DNA of 64,000 nucleotides from an uncultured Prevotella sp. (GTDB lineage: Bacteria > Bacteroidota > Bacteroidia > Bacteroidales > Bacteroidaceae). Location of the stretch: assembly GCA_944319915.1 (NCBI GenBank), contig CALUEY010000035.1:1163-65162 (forward strand), written 5' to 3'. The translations under genes and the position numbers were made by a program. The notes under the pieces were generated by a model. The model did no database searches. It was not told the DNA's origin and saw nothing but the letters and a program-made list of their open reading frames with translations. This document shows, one piece after another, positions 53,508-64,000 of the stretch (within the stretch, counting starts at the first letter, position 1; every line of letters begins with the position of its first letter).

Positions 53508-54146
53508 ATGAGAAAGAACAACATCATTGCCGTAATCTTCTCCACCATCGTGGGGCTTACGGCCTTCACCGGAACATCGTGCGCACAGGAAACAGCCTTG
53601 CCCGCCCCACAGAAGAGTGCCGACGCAGGGTCGCTGCTCAAGGCTTTGCAAGACCGCAAGTCAGTGCGCAAGTTCGCCAACAAGCCCCTCACCGACCAGC
53701 AACTGTCAGACCTGCTTTGGGCTGCCTGCGGCGTAAACCGCCCCGACGGCCACCTCACAGTGCCTTCAGCGCGCAACAAGCAGGACATAACGGTATACGT
53801 GGGCAAGGCCGACGGCACATACAGATACGACGCCAAGGTCCACAAGCTCATCAAGATAGGCAACAGCGACCTGCGGCGCGAGGCCGCCAAGCGCAACGCC
53901 TTCATACAGGCAGCTCCGGTGGTGGTGGTGATAGCGTCGGACACCGCGCTGCAAAACGGCAACATGGCCATCTGCGGGATTGACGCCGGAGCCGTGATGC
54001 AGAACATTTACCTGCACTGTGCCGCCAACGGGCTGGCCACAGTGTGCTGCTATGCCGGCGACGATGTGTCGGCAATGCAGAAGTTCCTCGGCATAAAGCC
54101 AGAGCTTAAACCGCTCATCTGCATGCCAGTGGGCCTGCCCGAATAA
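53508..54146 (+). CDS. Nitroreductase-family protein with signal peptide
   Basis: RKSVRKF, LLWAACG, PSARN, QNIYLHC...GL; TATCTTTG at 53475-53482. Confidence 0.88.
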   Translation: MRKNNIIAVIFSTIVGLTAFTGTSCAQETALPAPQKSADAGSLLKALQDRKSVRKFANKPLTDQQLSDLLWAACGVNRPDGHLTVPSARNKQDITVYVGKADGTYRYDAKVHKLIKIGNSDLRREAAKRNAFIQAAPVVVVIASDTALQNGNMAICGIDAGAVMQNIYLHCAANGLATVCCYAGDDVSAMQKFLGIKPELKPLICMPVGLPE

Positions 54147-54183
54147 GGCGAATGTCACCCGCCGTGCAGCATGTACCCCGCCG

Positions 54184-54234
54184 TCAGCCCGCCGAGTGGC
54201 CTGCCAAGGCAGCCATCCCGGCGGGTTGATTTTT
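54184..54234 (+). terminator. Terminator after nitroreductase
   Basis: TCAGCCCGCCG / CGGCGGGTTGA plus TTTTT. Confidence 0.75.
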
Positions 54235-54316
54235 GATTGCGGGCATTTTCCATATGCAGACAGATGCGCATTCAGCCCTTTTTTGTACCTTTGCACTCCC
54301 AAAGCTTATTTTCACT

Positions 54317-55864
<1,548 letters not shown>

Positions 55865-55880
55865 CGGCTGCACCGCGCAG

Positions 55881-55919
55881 CCAAAAGCGGTGCGCCACTA
55901 TGACGCGCCGCTTTTTTGG
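55881..55919 (+). terminator. Terminator after dnaB
   Basis: AAAAGCGGTGCG / CGCGCCGCTTTTTT. Confidence 0.8.
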
Positions 55920-55999
55920 TTTGCCCCTGCGCAGCACTTCGACACTGGCTGATTTTGTAAATATTTGCGCGGAATGGCCACCATTTTCGCAATGCACTT

Positions 56000-56167
56000 A
56001 CAACCACCTGGCACAGAGCCACTTGCCGCCAAGTCACGAACGGCGGTGCAAAACAGCCCGTTTCAGCCCGTCGAACAGCCTGTTTTGCTTTGCCAAACGG
56101 GCTGTTTGGCAAGTCCAAAAGGCAAGTGAGGCATCCGTGGATGCATAATGTAAACATTAATTATCAC
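56000..56167 (+). repeat. Dispersed 22-bp-phased element, copy E
   Basis: 27-bp dyad 56000-56026; cores at (56029), 56051, 56073, 56095, 56117; TGTAAAC at 56149. Confidence 0.85.
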
Positions 56168-56284
56168 CTCGCCCAATTCCAGCCTGCCATTTTGCGCCAA
56201 ACCCACGTGGCCGGGAAATGCATCTTTGCAGGCGCGCCATGGGCTATAATATGACAAGCCAAACACAAAAATACAAGCACTGCA

Positions 56285-57151
56285 ATGACACAAGCATACA
56301 TTCAAGAAAAGGCCTGCACGGCAAACCACTGCCACATAACCATGCTCGGCACGGGAGAGGCCACAGTCACCAAATGCTACAACACGTGCTTCGCCCTTTG
56401 CTCGCCAGGATGCACAATGCTCATAGATGCGGGCGGAGGCAATGGCATACTGGCGCAAATGGAGAGAGCGGGAATTGGCTTCGATGAACTCGACTGCCTG
56501 TTCGTGACCCATGCTCACACCGACCACATCCTTGGTGCCGTATGGGTGGTGAGGATGGTGATGCACTCCATCGCAGCAGGAAAGCGCGCCAGGGCTTTCG
56601 CCGTATACGGCCACGACCGCGCCTTGACCGTGCTCGATGCAATCTGCACCATGACGCTGCCTGCCACATACCGCAGCATGAGGGGAAAACAGATAATGTT
56701 GCGCGAAGTGACCGATGGGGAGCAGTTGATGTGTGGCGACATCAGCCTGACCTTTTTCGACATTTTTTCCACCAAAGAAAAACAGTTTGGCTTCTGCGCC
56801 AGCCTGCCCGGAGGCCTGCGGCTTGCCTGCCTCGGCGACGAGCCTTTCAACGAGCGCAACCGCGCCCTCGTGGAGAATGCCGACTGGCTACTATGCGAAG
56901 CCTTCTGCCTCGAGCGCGACAAGGATATATTCAAGCCCCACGAGAAACACCACAGCACAGCGCTTGAGGCCGGCATGGAGGCAAGCAAGCTAAACGCGGG
57001 CCACCTGCTGCTGTACCACATGGAGGACAGCAGCCTGGCCACACGCAAGAAAGATTATACAGAAGAGGCCGGGATGTTTTTCAAGGGCAAGATTGTCGTA
57101 CCCTACGACCTTGAGACTGTAAGCCTCGCCCCACCCTCGCAAAATGGCTGA
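56285..57151 (+). CDS. MBL-fold metallohydrolase (RNase Z-like)
   Basis: LGTG, IDAGGG, THAHTDH, HHST, LLYH. Confidence 0.88.
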   Translation: MTQAYIQEKACTANHCHITMLGTGEATVTKCYNTCFALCSPGCTMLIDAGGGNGILAQMERAGIGFDELDCLFVTHAHTDHILGAVWVVRMVMHSIAAGKRARAFAVYGHDRALTVLDAICTMTLPATYRSMRGKQIMLREVTDGEQLMCGDISLTFFDIFSTKEKQFGFCASLPGGLRLACLGDEPFNERNRALVENADWLLCEAFCLERDKDIFKPHEKHHSTALEAGMEASKLNAGHLLLYHMEDSSLATRKKDYTEEAGMFFKGKIVVPYDLETVSLAPPSQNG

Positions 57152-57170
57152 AAGACCCCGACCAGGCCTT

Positions 57171-58331
57171 TCAGCCACCGTATTCGTAATACCACCAGTA
57201 AGTTCCTGCATACTGCGGGCGCACCGCGTTCATGCGCGCCTCGCGCAAACTGTAAAGGCGCTCCAACCTCTGCAAGTCTTCATAGTCAGTGTCCATCACG
57301 TCGTTATGGTAAACTACAGTCGGATTGGCGCGCAGATGGGCGTATAGTATGAGTGCCTCGCGATAGTGAAGCGGCAGCCGGTCGTTTATCTCGTAATAAG
57401 TAGGCAGAGCCTTTGCAAACGCATCGATGTCGCGGTCGATGAGAAAGCCGCACAGAAGGTAGTCTTTGGCGGCATCCGATGCAAAACCGGAGCGCAGCAA
57501 GGCCTGAAGGTACAGACTGGCAGCCATGGGCCGCGCAGGCTTCGCGCCGAGGAAGCGATAAATGCTGTCGGTGGGATATATGAGGCACAACGTGCCTTCG
57601 GCCATTGGCACAAGGTCGGCCGACGTTCCCCTTACGGGGTACTTGAACAGCCTATCGCCAAGCTGCCCTTGGCGGGCAAGGGCATAGGCGCGAAGCATGG
57701 TAAGCCCCGCATCGGTCTCTTGCGACTTCTGGCCCACGGCTGCGGCACCGGCATGGTCGCCCCTAATGAGGCACGCCTCGGCCCGCATACGGTAATGCAT
57801 CACAGCATCGTTGTTGCCAACAAACCCCACAAAGAGGAACATTGCAGCCAAGGCAAAAAGGTTGCGCCAGGCCACAGCCGACGTAACAAGCAGCCCGGAG
57901 ACGCCAGAGGCGAAAGCGTCGGGCAGGCGCCGCAGCATGACGCAGGCCGCCACCCACAGCGCAAGGAGCAAAACAGCCACCCACCAAGCCATCCCCAGCC
58001 CTACGGTGCCGCCATCAGCAGGCTCCATGCTCGACAGTAGCGCAAGCAGCAGGGCCGACGGGAAATAGGTAAGTGCGTGGAAACTGCCCCCAAAAGGCCA
58101 TATCGACGACACGCCGAACTGGAGGAGCTGAAGCACGGCTGTTAATATCACAGCTCCAATCAAGCCATTGTATGTCGTGGCCCCGCCGCTCAGTATGTGC
58201 TGGGCTACGGCAAGCATATCAGCCTGATAGAAGTATAGGTAAACGAAAATGAACCCACAAAAAAGGATAGCACATGCCGTCTTGAGGACTGATGTGCTAC
58301 CCATCTTGCCGCTATAATCGTTGTAATTCAT
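57171..58331 (-). CDS. Membrane protein, DUF6057-like
   Basis: N-terminal TMs plus helical C-domain with LPLHYREAL and terminal TYWWYY. Confidence 0.65.
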   Translation of the reverse strand: MNYNDYSGKMGSTSVLKTACAILFCGFIFVYLYFYQADMLAVAQHILSGGATTYNGLIGAVILTAVLQLLQFGVSSIWPFGGSFHALTYFPSALLLALLSSMEPADGGTVGLGMAWWVAVLLLALWVAACVMLRRLPDAFASGVSGLLVTSAVAWRNLFALAAMFLFVGFVGNNDAVMHYRMRAEACLIRGDHAGAAAVGQKSQETDAGLTMLRAYALARQGQLGDRLFKYPVRGTSADLVPMAEGTLCLIYPTDSIYRFLGAKPARPMAASLYLQALLRSGFASDAAKDYLLCGFLIDRDIDAFAKALPTYYEINDRLPLHYREALILYAHLRANPTVVYHNDVMDTDYEDLQRLERLYSLREARMNAVRPQYAGTYWWYYEYGG

Positions 58332-58400
58332 CCTTAATTCTCTACATACGTAACTCAAAAACAATGCCGATGGCTTGCCTCGACGGCAAGCCACGGCACA

Positions 58401-60476
58401 TCATATCTTGCGCAGCACCACAGCGGAGCGCGCCGGGATGTACAGCTTGAGCCACTCCTTGTGGTCTTCCACATACAGAGGGTCAAAGTTTGTGACGTGT
58501 GTCATGCTGTCATCGGCAAAGCCGTTGCCGCCGAACTGCCTCGAATCTGTATTGAGAACCACCTCGTAAGCACCTGTAGGCACAAGGAAACCATAGTCCG
58601 TATACGAGCGCGTGGGGCTGAAGTTGAACACAAACACCAGATCGCCACGGCTGAAAGCCAGCACTTGGTCGCCATCGTTGTGCCAAACTTCCTGCAAAGG
58701 CAGAGCCTGGAAGTTCTTCACGCTCTTCATCACTTTCAGCATCTCGCGGTCAAAGTCTCCAAGGTAGTGATAGTCAAGCTCCTTGTTGTCCACGAGGTTC
58801 CACTGCCTACGGGCGTACTTGTAGCTCCAACCATTTCCCTCACGGGGAAAGTCTATCCATTCCGGATGGCCGAACTCATTGCCCATGAAGTTGAGATAGC
58901 CGCCGTTAATGGCCGCCGCCGTCACAAGGCGAATCATCTTGTGCAAGGCAATGCCTCGGTTAACGGCCCCATTCTCGTCGCCAATCTTGAAGTGCCAGTA
59001 CATATCCGCATCAATAAGGCGGAAGATGATGGTCTTATCCCCTACCAATGCCTGGTCGTGACTCTCGCAATAGCTTATGGTCTTCTCGTCGGGCCTGCGG
59101 TTCTTCACCTCCCAGAATATCGAGCTGGGCTTCCAGTCCTCATCCTTCAACTCCTTGATTGTCTTTATCCAGAAGTCGGGTATGTTCATGGCCATTCGGT
59201 AATCGAAGCCATAGCCACCGTCCTCGAACTTGGCCGCCAAGCCCGGCATACCGCTCACTTCCTCGGCAATGGTGATTGCATTGGGATTTACTTCGTGAAT
59301 CAGCTTGTTGGCCAAAGTAAGGTAGCAGATGGCGTTGTCGTCCTCATGCCCGTTGAAATAGTCGCCGTAATTGCAGAAAGCCTCACCCAGACCGTGGCTG
59401 TAATAGAGCATGGAAGTAACTCCGTCGAAGCGGAAGCCATCGAAGTGATACTCCTCCAGCCAATATTTGCAGTTTGAAAGCAGGAAGTGGAGCACTTCGT
59501 CCTTGCCGTAATCAAAGCACAGGCTGTCCCATGCCGGGTGCTCATGGCGCTCGCCCGGATAGAAGAACTGGTTTGGGTCGCCGGCAAGGTTGCCCAAGCC
59601 CTCTACCTCGTTCTTCACAGCGTGAGAGTGAACGATGTCCATTATGACGGCTATGCCGTTCCTATGGGCAGTGTCGATGAGTTCCTTCAGCTCCTCGGGA
59701 GTGCCGAACCTGCTTGATGGGGCGAAGAAAGAACTCACATGATAGCCAAACGATCCGTAGTAAGGATGCTCCTGAATTGCCATAACTTGTATGCAGTTGT
59801 AGCCGTCGGCCTTGACGCGCGGCAGCACGTTCTCCTGGAACTCGCGGTACGTTCCCACCTTTTCCGCATCCTGAGCCATGCCCACGTGGCACTCATAGAT
59901 AAGCAAAGGAGAGCGGTCGGCCTTGAATCTCTTGCGCTTGAACACGTATGGCTTCTCCGGGTTCCACACCTGTGCGGAGAATATCTTCGTGCTGTCATCT
60001 TGCACAACGCGCTGGCACCAGGCCGGGATCCGTTCGCCCTCGCCGCCGTTCCACTTCACCTTCATCTTGTAAAGGTCGCCGTGCTTGATAGCTTTCTCGC
60101 TGAGCTTAAGTTCCCAGTTGCCCGTTCCCTCGATGCGCTTGAGCTTGAACCTCGGCGTTTCCTTCCAGTCGTTGAAGTCGCCTATGAGGTAAATCTCGGT
60201 GGCATTGGGCGCCCACTCTCGGAACACCCAGCCCTTTGCGAGCTTATGAAGGCCGAAGTAGAGATGGCCGCTGGCAAAGTCTGACAGGGTGCGCTTGCCC
60301 CCGGCAGTGAGCTGCCCCATCTTCCACAGGGCATGGTCGTGCCTGCCACGTATGGCCTCCTCGTAAGGCTCAAGCCATGGGTCGTTTCTTACCAGCCCGA
60401 TATGGGCAGGAGCTTTCGCTTCCGGGGCGGCCTCGGCAGTTTTCCTTTTCCGCCCTACAGTCTTCTTTTCTGCCAT
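58401..60476 (-). CDS. glgB: 1,4-alpha-glucan branching enzyme (GH13)
   Basis: FREWAPNA, IYECHVG, DGFRFDGVTSM, AEEVSG, ESHDQ, FMGNEFGHPEW. Confidence 0.95.
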   Translation of the reverse strand: MAEKKTVGRKRKTAEAAPEAKAPAHIGLVRNDPWLEPYEEAIRGRHDHALWKMGQLTAGGKRTLSDFASGHLYFGLHKLAKGWVFREWAPNATEIYLIGDFNDWKETPRFKLKRIEGTGNWELKLSEKAIKHGDLYKMKVKWNGGEGERIPAWCQRVVQDDSTKIFSAQVWNPEKPYVFKRKRFKADRSPLLIYECHVGMAQDAEKVGTYREFQENVLPRVKADGYNCIQVMAIQEHPYYGSFGYHVSSFFAPSSRFGTPEELKELIDTAHRNGIAVIMDIVHSHAVKNEVEGLGNLAGDPNQFFYPGERHEHPAWDSLCFDYGKDEVLHFLLSNCKYWLEEYHFDGFRFDGVTSMLYYSHGLGEAFCNYGDYFNGHEDDNAICYLTLANKLIHEVNPNAITIAEEVSGMPGLAAKFEDGGYGFDYRMAMNIPDFWIKTIKELKDEDWKPSSIFWEVKNRRPDEKTISYCESHDQALVGDKTIIFRLIDADMYWHFKIGDENGAVNRGIALHKMIRLVTAAAINGGYLNFMGNEFGHPEWIDFPREGNGWSYKYARRQWNLVDNKELDYHYLGDFDREMLKVMKSVKNFQALPLQEVWHNDGDQVLAFSRGDLVFVFNFSPTRSYTDYGFLVPTGAYEVVLNTDSRQFGGNGFADDSMTHVTNFDPLYVEDHKEWLKLYIPARSAVVLRKI

Positions 60477-60482
60477 AGTACG

Positions 60483-60929
60483 TCAAGCCAAAACCTTGAA
60501 TATAGCCTTCTTTATCTCAGCCTCTCCCGAGATGCAGGGAGCGTGGCCGTCCTGCGGGAAGAAGATTGCGAACATTCCCGGCTGGCATGTTACGTAGCTG
60601 TCGGCAGCAAGCCCCGGAAGCTTCGTGATGTCCTTCTTCTCGTCATACTCGCCTTCGGGCAAGTTGCACAGCGGGGTGTAGCCGTATGTCTCGGCGCAGG
60701 AAAGCGGTATCTGTATGTCAATCATCTTCTTGTGGGTTTCGAGCACGGCTTCATCTGGTGTCTTGCCCTTGGCCGTGGTTATGTTTACGAACAGCTCGTC
60801 GCCCTTTATCAGGTGCTTTCCCGGTTCGAGCTTTGCCAGGTCGTTGGCCTTTATGAATTCCACAACGTCGTCAAACAAAGGGTTGAGCCCTTTGTAGAAA
60901 GCAAGCTTGTCAAGTGTGTCTATTACCAT
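60483..60929 (-). CDS. YhcH/YjgK/YiaL-family protein
   Basis: ETHKKMIDIQ, FAIFFPQDGHAP. Confidence 0.9.
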   Translation of the reverse strand: MVIDTLDKLAFYKGLNPLFDDVVEFIKANDLAKLEPGKHLIKGDELFVNITTAKGKTPDEAVLETHKKMIDIQIPLSCAETYGYTPLCNLPEGEYDEKKDITKLPGLAADSYVTCQPGMFAIFFPQDGHAPCISGEAEIKKAIFKVLA

Positions 60930-60982
60930 AACTAATAATATTTAAGTTAAACATGTGCATGTTCAATTGCATCGGGCAGCTG

Positions 60983-62092
60983 TCAGTCCAAGCGTTTTTG
61001 GCCACGGATGTACACCCCCTGAGCCGTTATGTTGCCGTCGCGGTCTTTTTCCACGAAGCGCCCGTCGCGTACATCGTCGAGGTAAGAGCCTTCAAAGCGG
61101 TTACCGTCCTTGTCCTCCTCTATGGCCGGGCCGTTGCGCTTGCCATCCTTGAAAGTTCCCTTGAACTTCCAGCCATCGGCATAGCGCACGATGCCCTCGC
61201 CGTCAATCTTTCCGTTCTTGAACTGCCCTTCAAACACATCGCCGACCTTAGTGGTCAGCTTTCCGGCACCGCTGGGTGTGTCGGCTTTCCATTCGCCCAC
61301 GTATACATTGCCGTTTTTCCACACGAGAGTGCCTCGCCCTTGCTTGGCTCCCTCATAAAACTGGCCCGTGTACTTATCTCCGTTGGCATACTTGAATATG
61401 CCCACGCCCGTGCGCTCGCCGTTAACGTAGTCTCCTTCGTAAACATCGCCGTTCTTGAACCGATAGATTCCCTTTCCGTTCTGGATGTCGTCCTTCCATT
61501 CGCCGGTGTAAACATCTCCGTCGGCATACTTAAAAGTACCCCGGCCCGAGCGTTGGTTGTCCTTCCATTCGCCATCGTAGGTGGAGCCGTCGCCCCAGTC
61601 GAAGAAGCCCTTGCCGTTCTTCTTGTCGCCGAGCCACTCCCCCTTGTAATACGCCCCGCTGGCAAATGTGTATGTGCCGCGGCCGTTTCTGTGATCCTGG
61701 AACCATTCGCCATCATACTTGTCGCCGTTGTAGTAGTACATCACGCCGTGGCCTTGCTGGTAATCGCGGAACCACAGCCCAACATACTTGTTGTTGTTGG
61801 CAAAATAATACGTACCCCTGCCATGCTGCTGGTCTTGAAACCACTGGCCCTCATACTTCTCCCCGTCGAAGAAAGTGTACACTCCGTATCCCTGGCGCTT
61901 GCCCTTCACGTAGGAGCCTTCATACCTGTTCCCGTTCTTGTAGACGGTTTTCCCCTTGCCGTGGGGCTTGCCTCCGGCCATCTCGCCGTTGTACTGCCCC
62001 CCATCCTTGGTCTGGCACGTTCCCAGCGAAATCCTTTGGGCGCAGGCCATCAACGGCAGGGCGACAAGCAAAGATAATATAATATGTCTCAA
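60983..62092 (-). CDS. Exported MORN-repeat protein (start uncertain, TTG 62092)
   Basis: About 14 tandem 23-aa YxGxWxxxxxxGxGxxxxxxGxx repeats; signal peptide ACA-Q; TACTTTTG at 62117-62124. Confidence 0.88.
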   Translation of the reverse strand: MRHIILSLLVALPLMACAQRISLGTCQTKDGGQYNGEMAGGKPHGKGKTVYKNGNRYEGSYVKGKRQGYGVYTFFDGEKYEGQWFQDQQHGRGTYYFANNNKYVGLWFRDYQQGHGVMYYYNGDKYDGEWFQDHRNGRGTYTFASGAYYKGEWLGDKKNGKGFFDWGDGSTYDGEWKDNQRSGRGTFKYADGDVYTGEWKDDIQNGKGIYRFKNGDVYEGDYVNGERTGVGIFKYANGDKYTGQFYEGAKQGRGTLVWKNGNVYVGEWKADTPSGAGKLTTKVGDVFEGQFKNGKIDGEGIVRYADGWKFKGTFKDGKRNGPAIEEDKDGNRFEGSYLDDVRDGRFVEKDRDGNITAQGVYIRGQKRLD

Positions 62093-62258
62093 AATGTGTC
62101 TGCTTAAAATTATTGCCAAAAGTAATAAAAAAAACGCAGGTGTCAAAAAAGATTAGTTTTTTTAACTGATTGTCAATCCATTATTTTATACCTTTGCACT
62201 GCTGAGGGGTATACGGCCAGTCCGACCGCCCCTCGCCACATACCATATCATATAGCTT

Positions 62259-63017
62259 ATGAAATTCATCGGAATAATTCCTGCGCGCTATTCCTCATCG
62301 CGCTTTCCCGGGAAGCCCCTTGCCATGCTCGGCGGAAAGCCCGTGATACAGCGCGTTTACGAACAGGCAGCATCGGTGCTCGACAGTGTTTGCGTGGCCA
62401 CCGACGACGAGCGTATACGCAAGGCTGTGGAAAACTTCGGCGGCCACGCCGTAATGACATCGGCCAACCACCGCAGCGGAACCGACCGCATACGCGAGGC
62501 CGCAGAGCTTACCGGCACAGACTGCGACGTGATTATAAACATACAGGGCGACGAGCCGTTTGTTGCGCCTACTCAGATAAAGGCAGTGTGCGACTGCTTC
62601 GCCGACCCCGCTACACAGATTGCCACGCTAGGCATACCGTTCGGAGCCGACGCCAAGGCCATAGCCAACCCCAACTCGCCCAAGATAGTGGTCGACACCA
62701 ACGGCTACGCCATGTATTTCAGCCGCAGCGTCATCCCCTACGTAAGGGGCAAGGAGGCGTCAGAGTGGCCCGGGGCATTCCCTTTCCTTAAGCACATAGG
62801 GCTATACGGATACCGCCACAAGGTGCTCATGCAGGTCACAAACCTGCCGCCAAGCCCGCTCGAAGTGGCCGAGAGCCTGGAGCAACTGCGTTGGCTGCAA
62901 AACGGATACAAGATAAAGGTGGCACTCACAGACATTGAGACCATTGGCATCGACACGCCTGAAGACCTCGCGCGGGCCGAAGCTTTCCTCGCCAAGACGG
63001 GCAACAAAACGGCATAA
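62259..63017 (+). CDS. kdsB: CMP-Kdo synthetase
   Basis: IIPARYSSSRFPGKPL, NIQGDEP, HIGLYGY, ESLEQLR; TACCTTTG at 62189-62196. Confidence 0.97.
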   Translation: MKFIGIIPARYSSSRFPGKPLAMLGGKPVIQRVYEQAASVLDSVCVATDDERIRKAVENFGGHAVMTSANHRSGTDRIREAAELTGTDCDVIINIQGDEPFVAPTQIKAVCDCFADPATQIATLGIPFGADAKAIANPNSPKIVVDTNGYAMYFSRSVIPYVRGKEASEWPGAFPFLKHIGLYGYRHKVLMQVTNLPPSPLEVAESLEQLRWLQNGYKIKVALTDIETIGIDTPEDLARAEAFLAKTGNKTA

Positions 63018-63022
63018 GGAGC

Positions 63023-63718
63023 ATGGGGGCCAATAGGTTTGACTTCAAGCAGTTCGCGGTGCGCCAGGAGCGGTGTGCCATGAAGGTTGGCACCGACGCC
63101 ACCCTCCTCGGGGCGTGGGCGCGTGTGCCGGCTGCTTGCGCCCACCAGCCTACTATACTCGACATAGGCACAGGCACAGGCATCATAGCGCTCATGATGG
63201 CTCAACGCTTCCCTGAGGCAACGCTAACGGCAATCGACATAGAGCCCGACGCCGCAGCCCAAGCTGCCGACAACGCCGCCGCATCGCCTTACACAGGGCG
63301 CATCAATGTGGCCTGCATACCGGTGCAGCAGTACGATGGAGGGCCGTTTGCCGCCATAGTGTGCAACCCACCCTACTTCGCAGGCTCGCTCCATAGCCCC
63401 GACCGCAAGCGCACACTCTGCCGCCACACAGCCTCGCTCACATACACCGAGCTGGCAAGCCATGCCTACCGGCTGCTGAGGGCCGACGGCGAATTCTCTG
63501 TCATCATACCTACCAGCCAAGCGTCAATGATGGACGAAGCAAGGGCCTTAGCCGGCTTCTTCGAGGTTAGGCGCTGCCTCGTCAGGACAAAGCCCGAAGC
63601 ACAGCCAAAGCGCATGATGCTGGCCTACGCCAAAGCCCCGCAGCCCGCCCACGAAACTGAAGAACTGACACTGGGAGACGCAAGGCACAAGATGATGACG
63701 GCCGACTTCTACCTCTGA
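63023..63718 (+). CDS. tRNA1(Val) A37 N6-methyltransferase (YfiC/TrmN6-like)
   Basis: FKQF, MKVGTD, LDIGTGTG, NPPYF. Confidence 0.9.
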   Translation: MGANRFDFKQFAVRQERCAMKVGTDATLLGAWARVPAACAHQPTILDIGTGTGIIALMMAQRFPEATLTAIDIEPDAAAQAADNAAASPYTGRINVACIPVQQYDGGPFAAIVCNPPYFAGSLHSPDRKRTLCRHTASLTYTELASHAYRLLRADGEFSVIIPTSQASMMDEARALAGFFEVRRCLVRTKPEAQPKRMMLAYAKAPQPAHETEELTLGDARHKMMTADFYL

Positions 63719-63746
63719 GCGGCATCGCCGCAACCACCTCACAAGC

Positions 63747-63912
63747 TTGACAATTTCTTTACACGCACCAGCTCGGCAGGCACCATGCACCGTTTTGCGC
63801 CACAATACAGGCCGTTTCACACTCCCAAACGCACCGTTTCGCAACGCTAAACGGCAGGTTTTGCACCGCAAAACGGCGCACACCCGTATCCAACTATAAA
63901 TCAGCCATTTAC
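63747..63912 (-). repeat. Dispersed 22-bp-phased element, copy F
   Basis: CTTTACA 63757-63763; cores at 63783, 63805, 63827, 63849, 63871; 27-bp dyad 63886-63912. Confidence 0.85.
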
Positions 63913-63939
63913 ACAAACGCGCTTAAGCAATACAACATC

Positions 63940-64000
63940 ATGACAAAAACATTACAAACACCAACGCAAGCCAACGGCCAAGACACCATCTGCGCCATAG
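63940..64000 (+). CDS. mnmE: Probable start of tRNA modification GTPase MnmE (truncated by window)
   Basis: MTKTLQTPTQANGQDTICAI; DTICAI is the typical MnmE N-terminal motif, only 20 codons visible. Confidence 0.6.
   Translation, partial: MTKTLQTPTQANGQDTICAI

Noticed and set aside
56139-56167. GCATAATGTAAA resembling the XerC arm of dif
   Set aside because: The XerD arm TTATGTTAAAT is absent and the other five copies lack the GCATAA part.
60983-62000. 69-bp DNA periodicity
   Set aside because: Fully explained by MORN protein repeats.

Overview
Core-genome window from a Bacteroidota member, most likely Prevotellaceae. Support: TAnnTTTG (-7) / TTTG (-33) promoters, signal peptides followed by Gln, and gene content. 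It holds about 53 housekeeping CDS, including a LytS/LytTR pair, truA, lon, tgt, a 2-oxoacid:ferredoxin oxidoreductase operon, folD, ffh, rpoZ, bamD, uvrB, leuACD-cimA-leuB, an envelope cluster, secA, feoAB, dnaB, glgB, kdsB and the start of mnmE, plus two tandem tRNA-Lys(CTT). No integrase, transposase, phage or cas gene was seen. Main unexplained signal: six dispersed ~165-bp intergenic elements with diverged sequence but near-invariant geometry. Each has a 27-bp dyad motif, five 22-bp-phased palindromic units (AAACRGNCYGTTT plus a 9-nt spacer), and a TGTAAAC-type end motif 121-123 bp from the dyad. Also found: an Ile/Leu-rich leader peptide with an attenuator upstream of leuA, and an internally deleted but still open vestige of type III pantothenate kinase (coaX). 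All product calls come from reading the translations; no database search was run.
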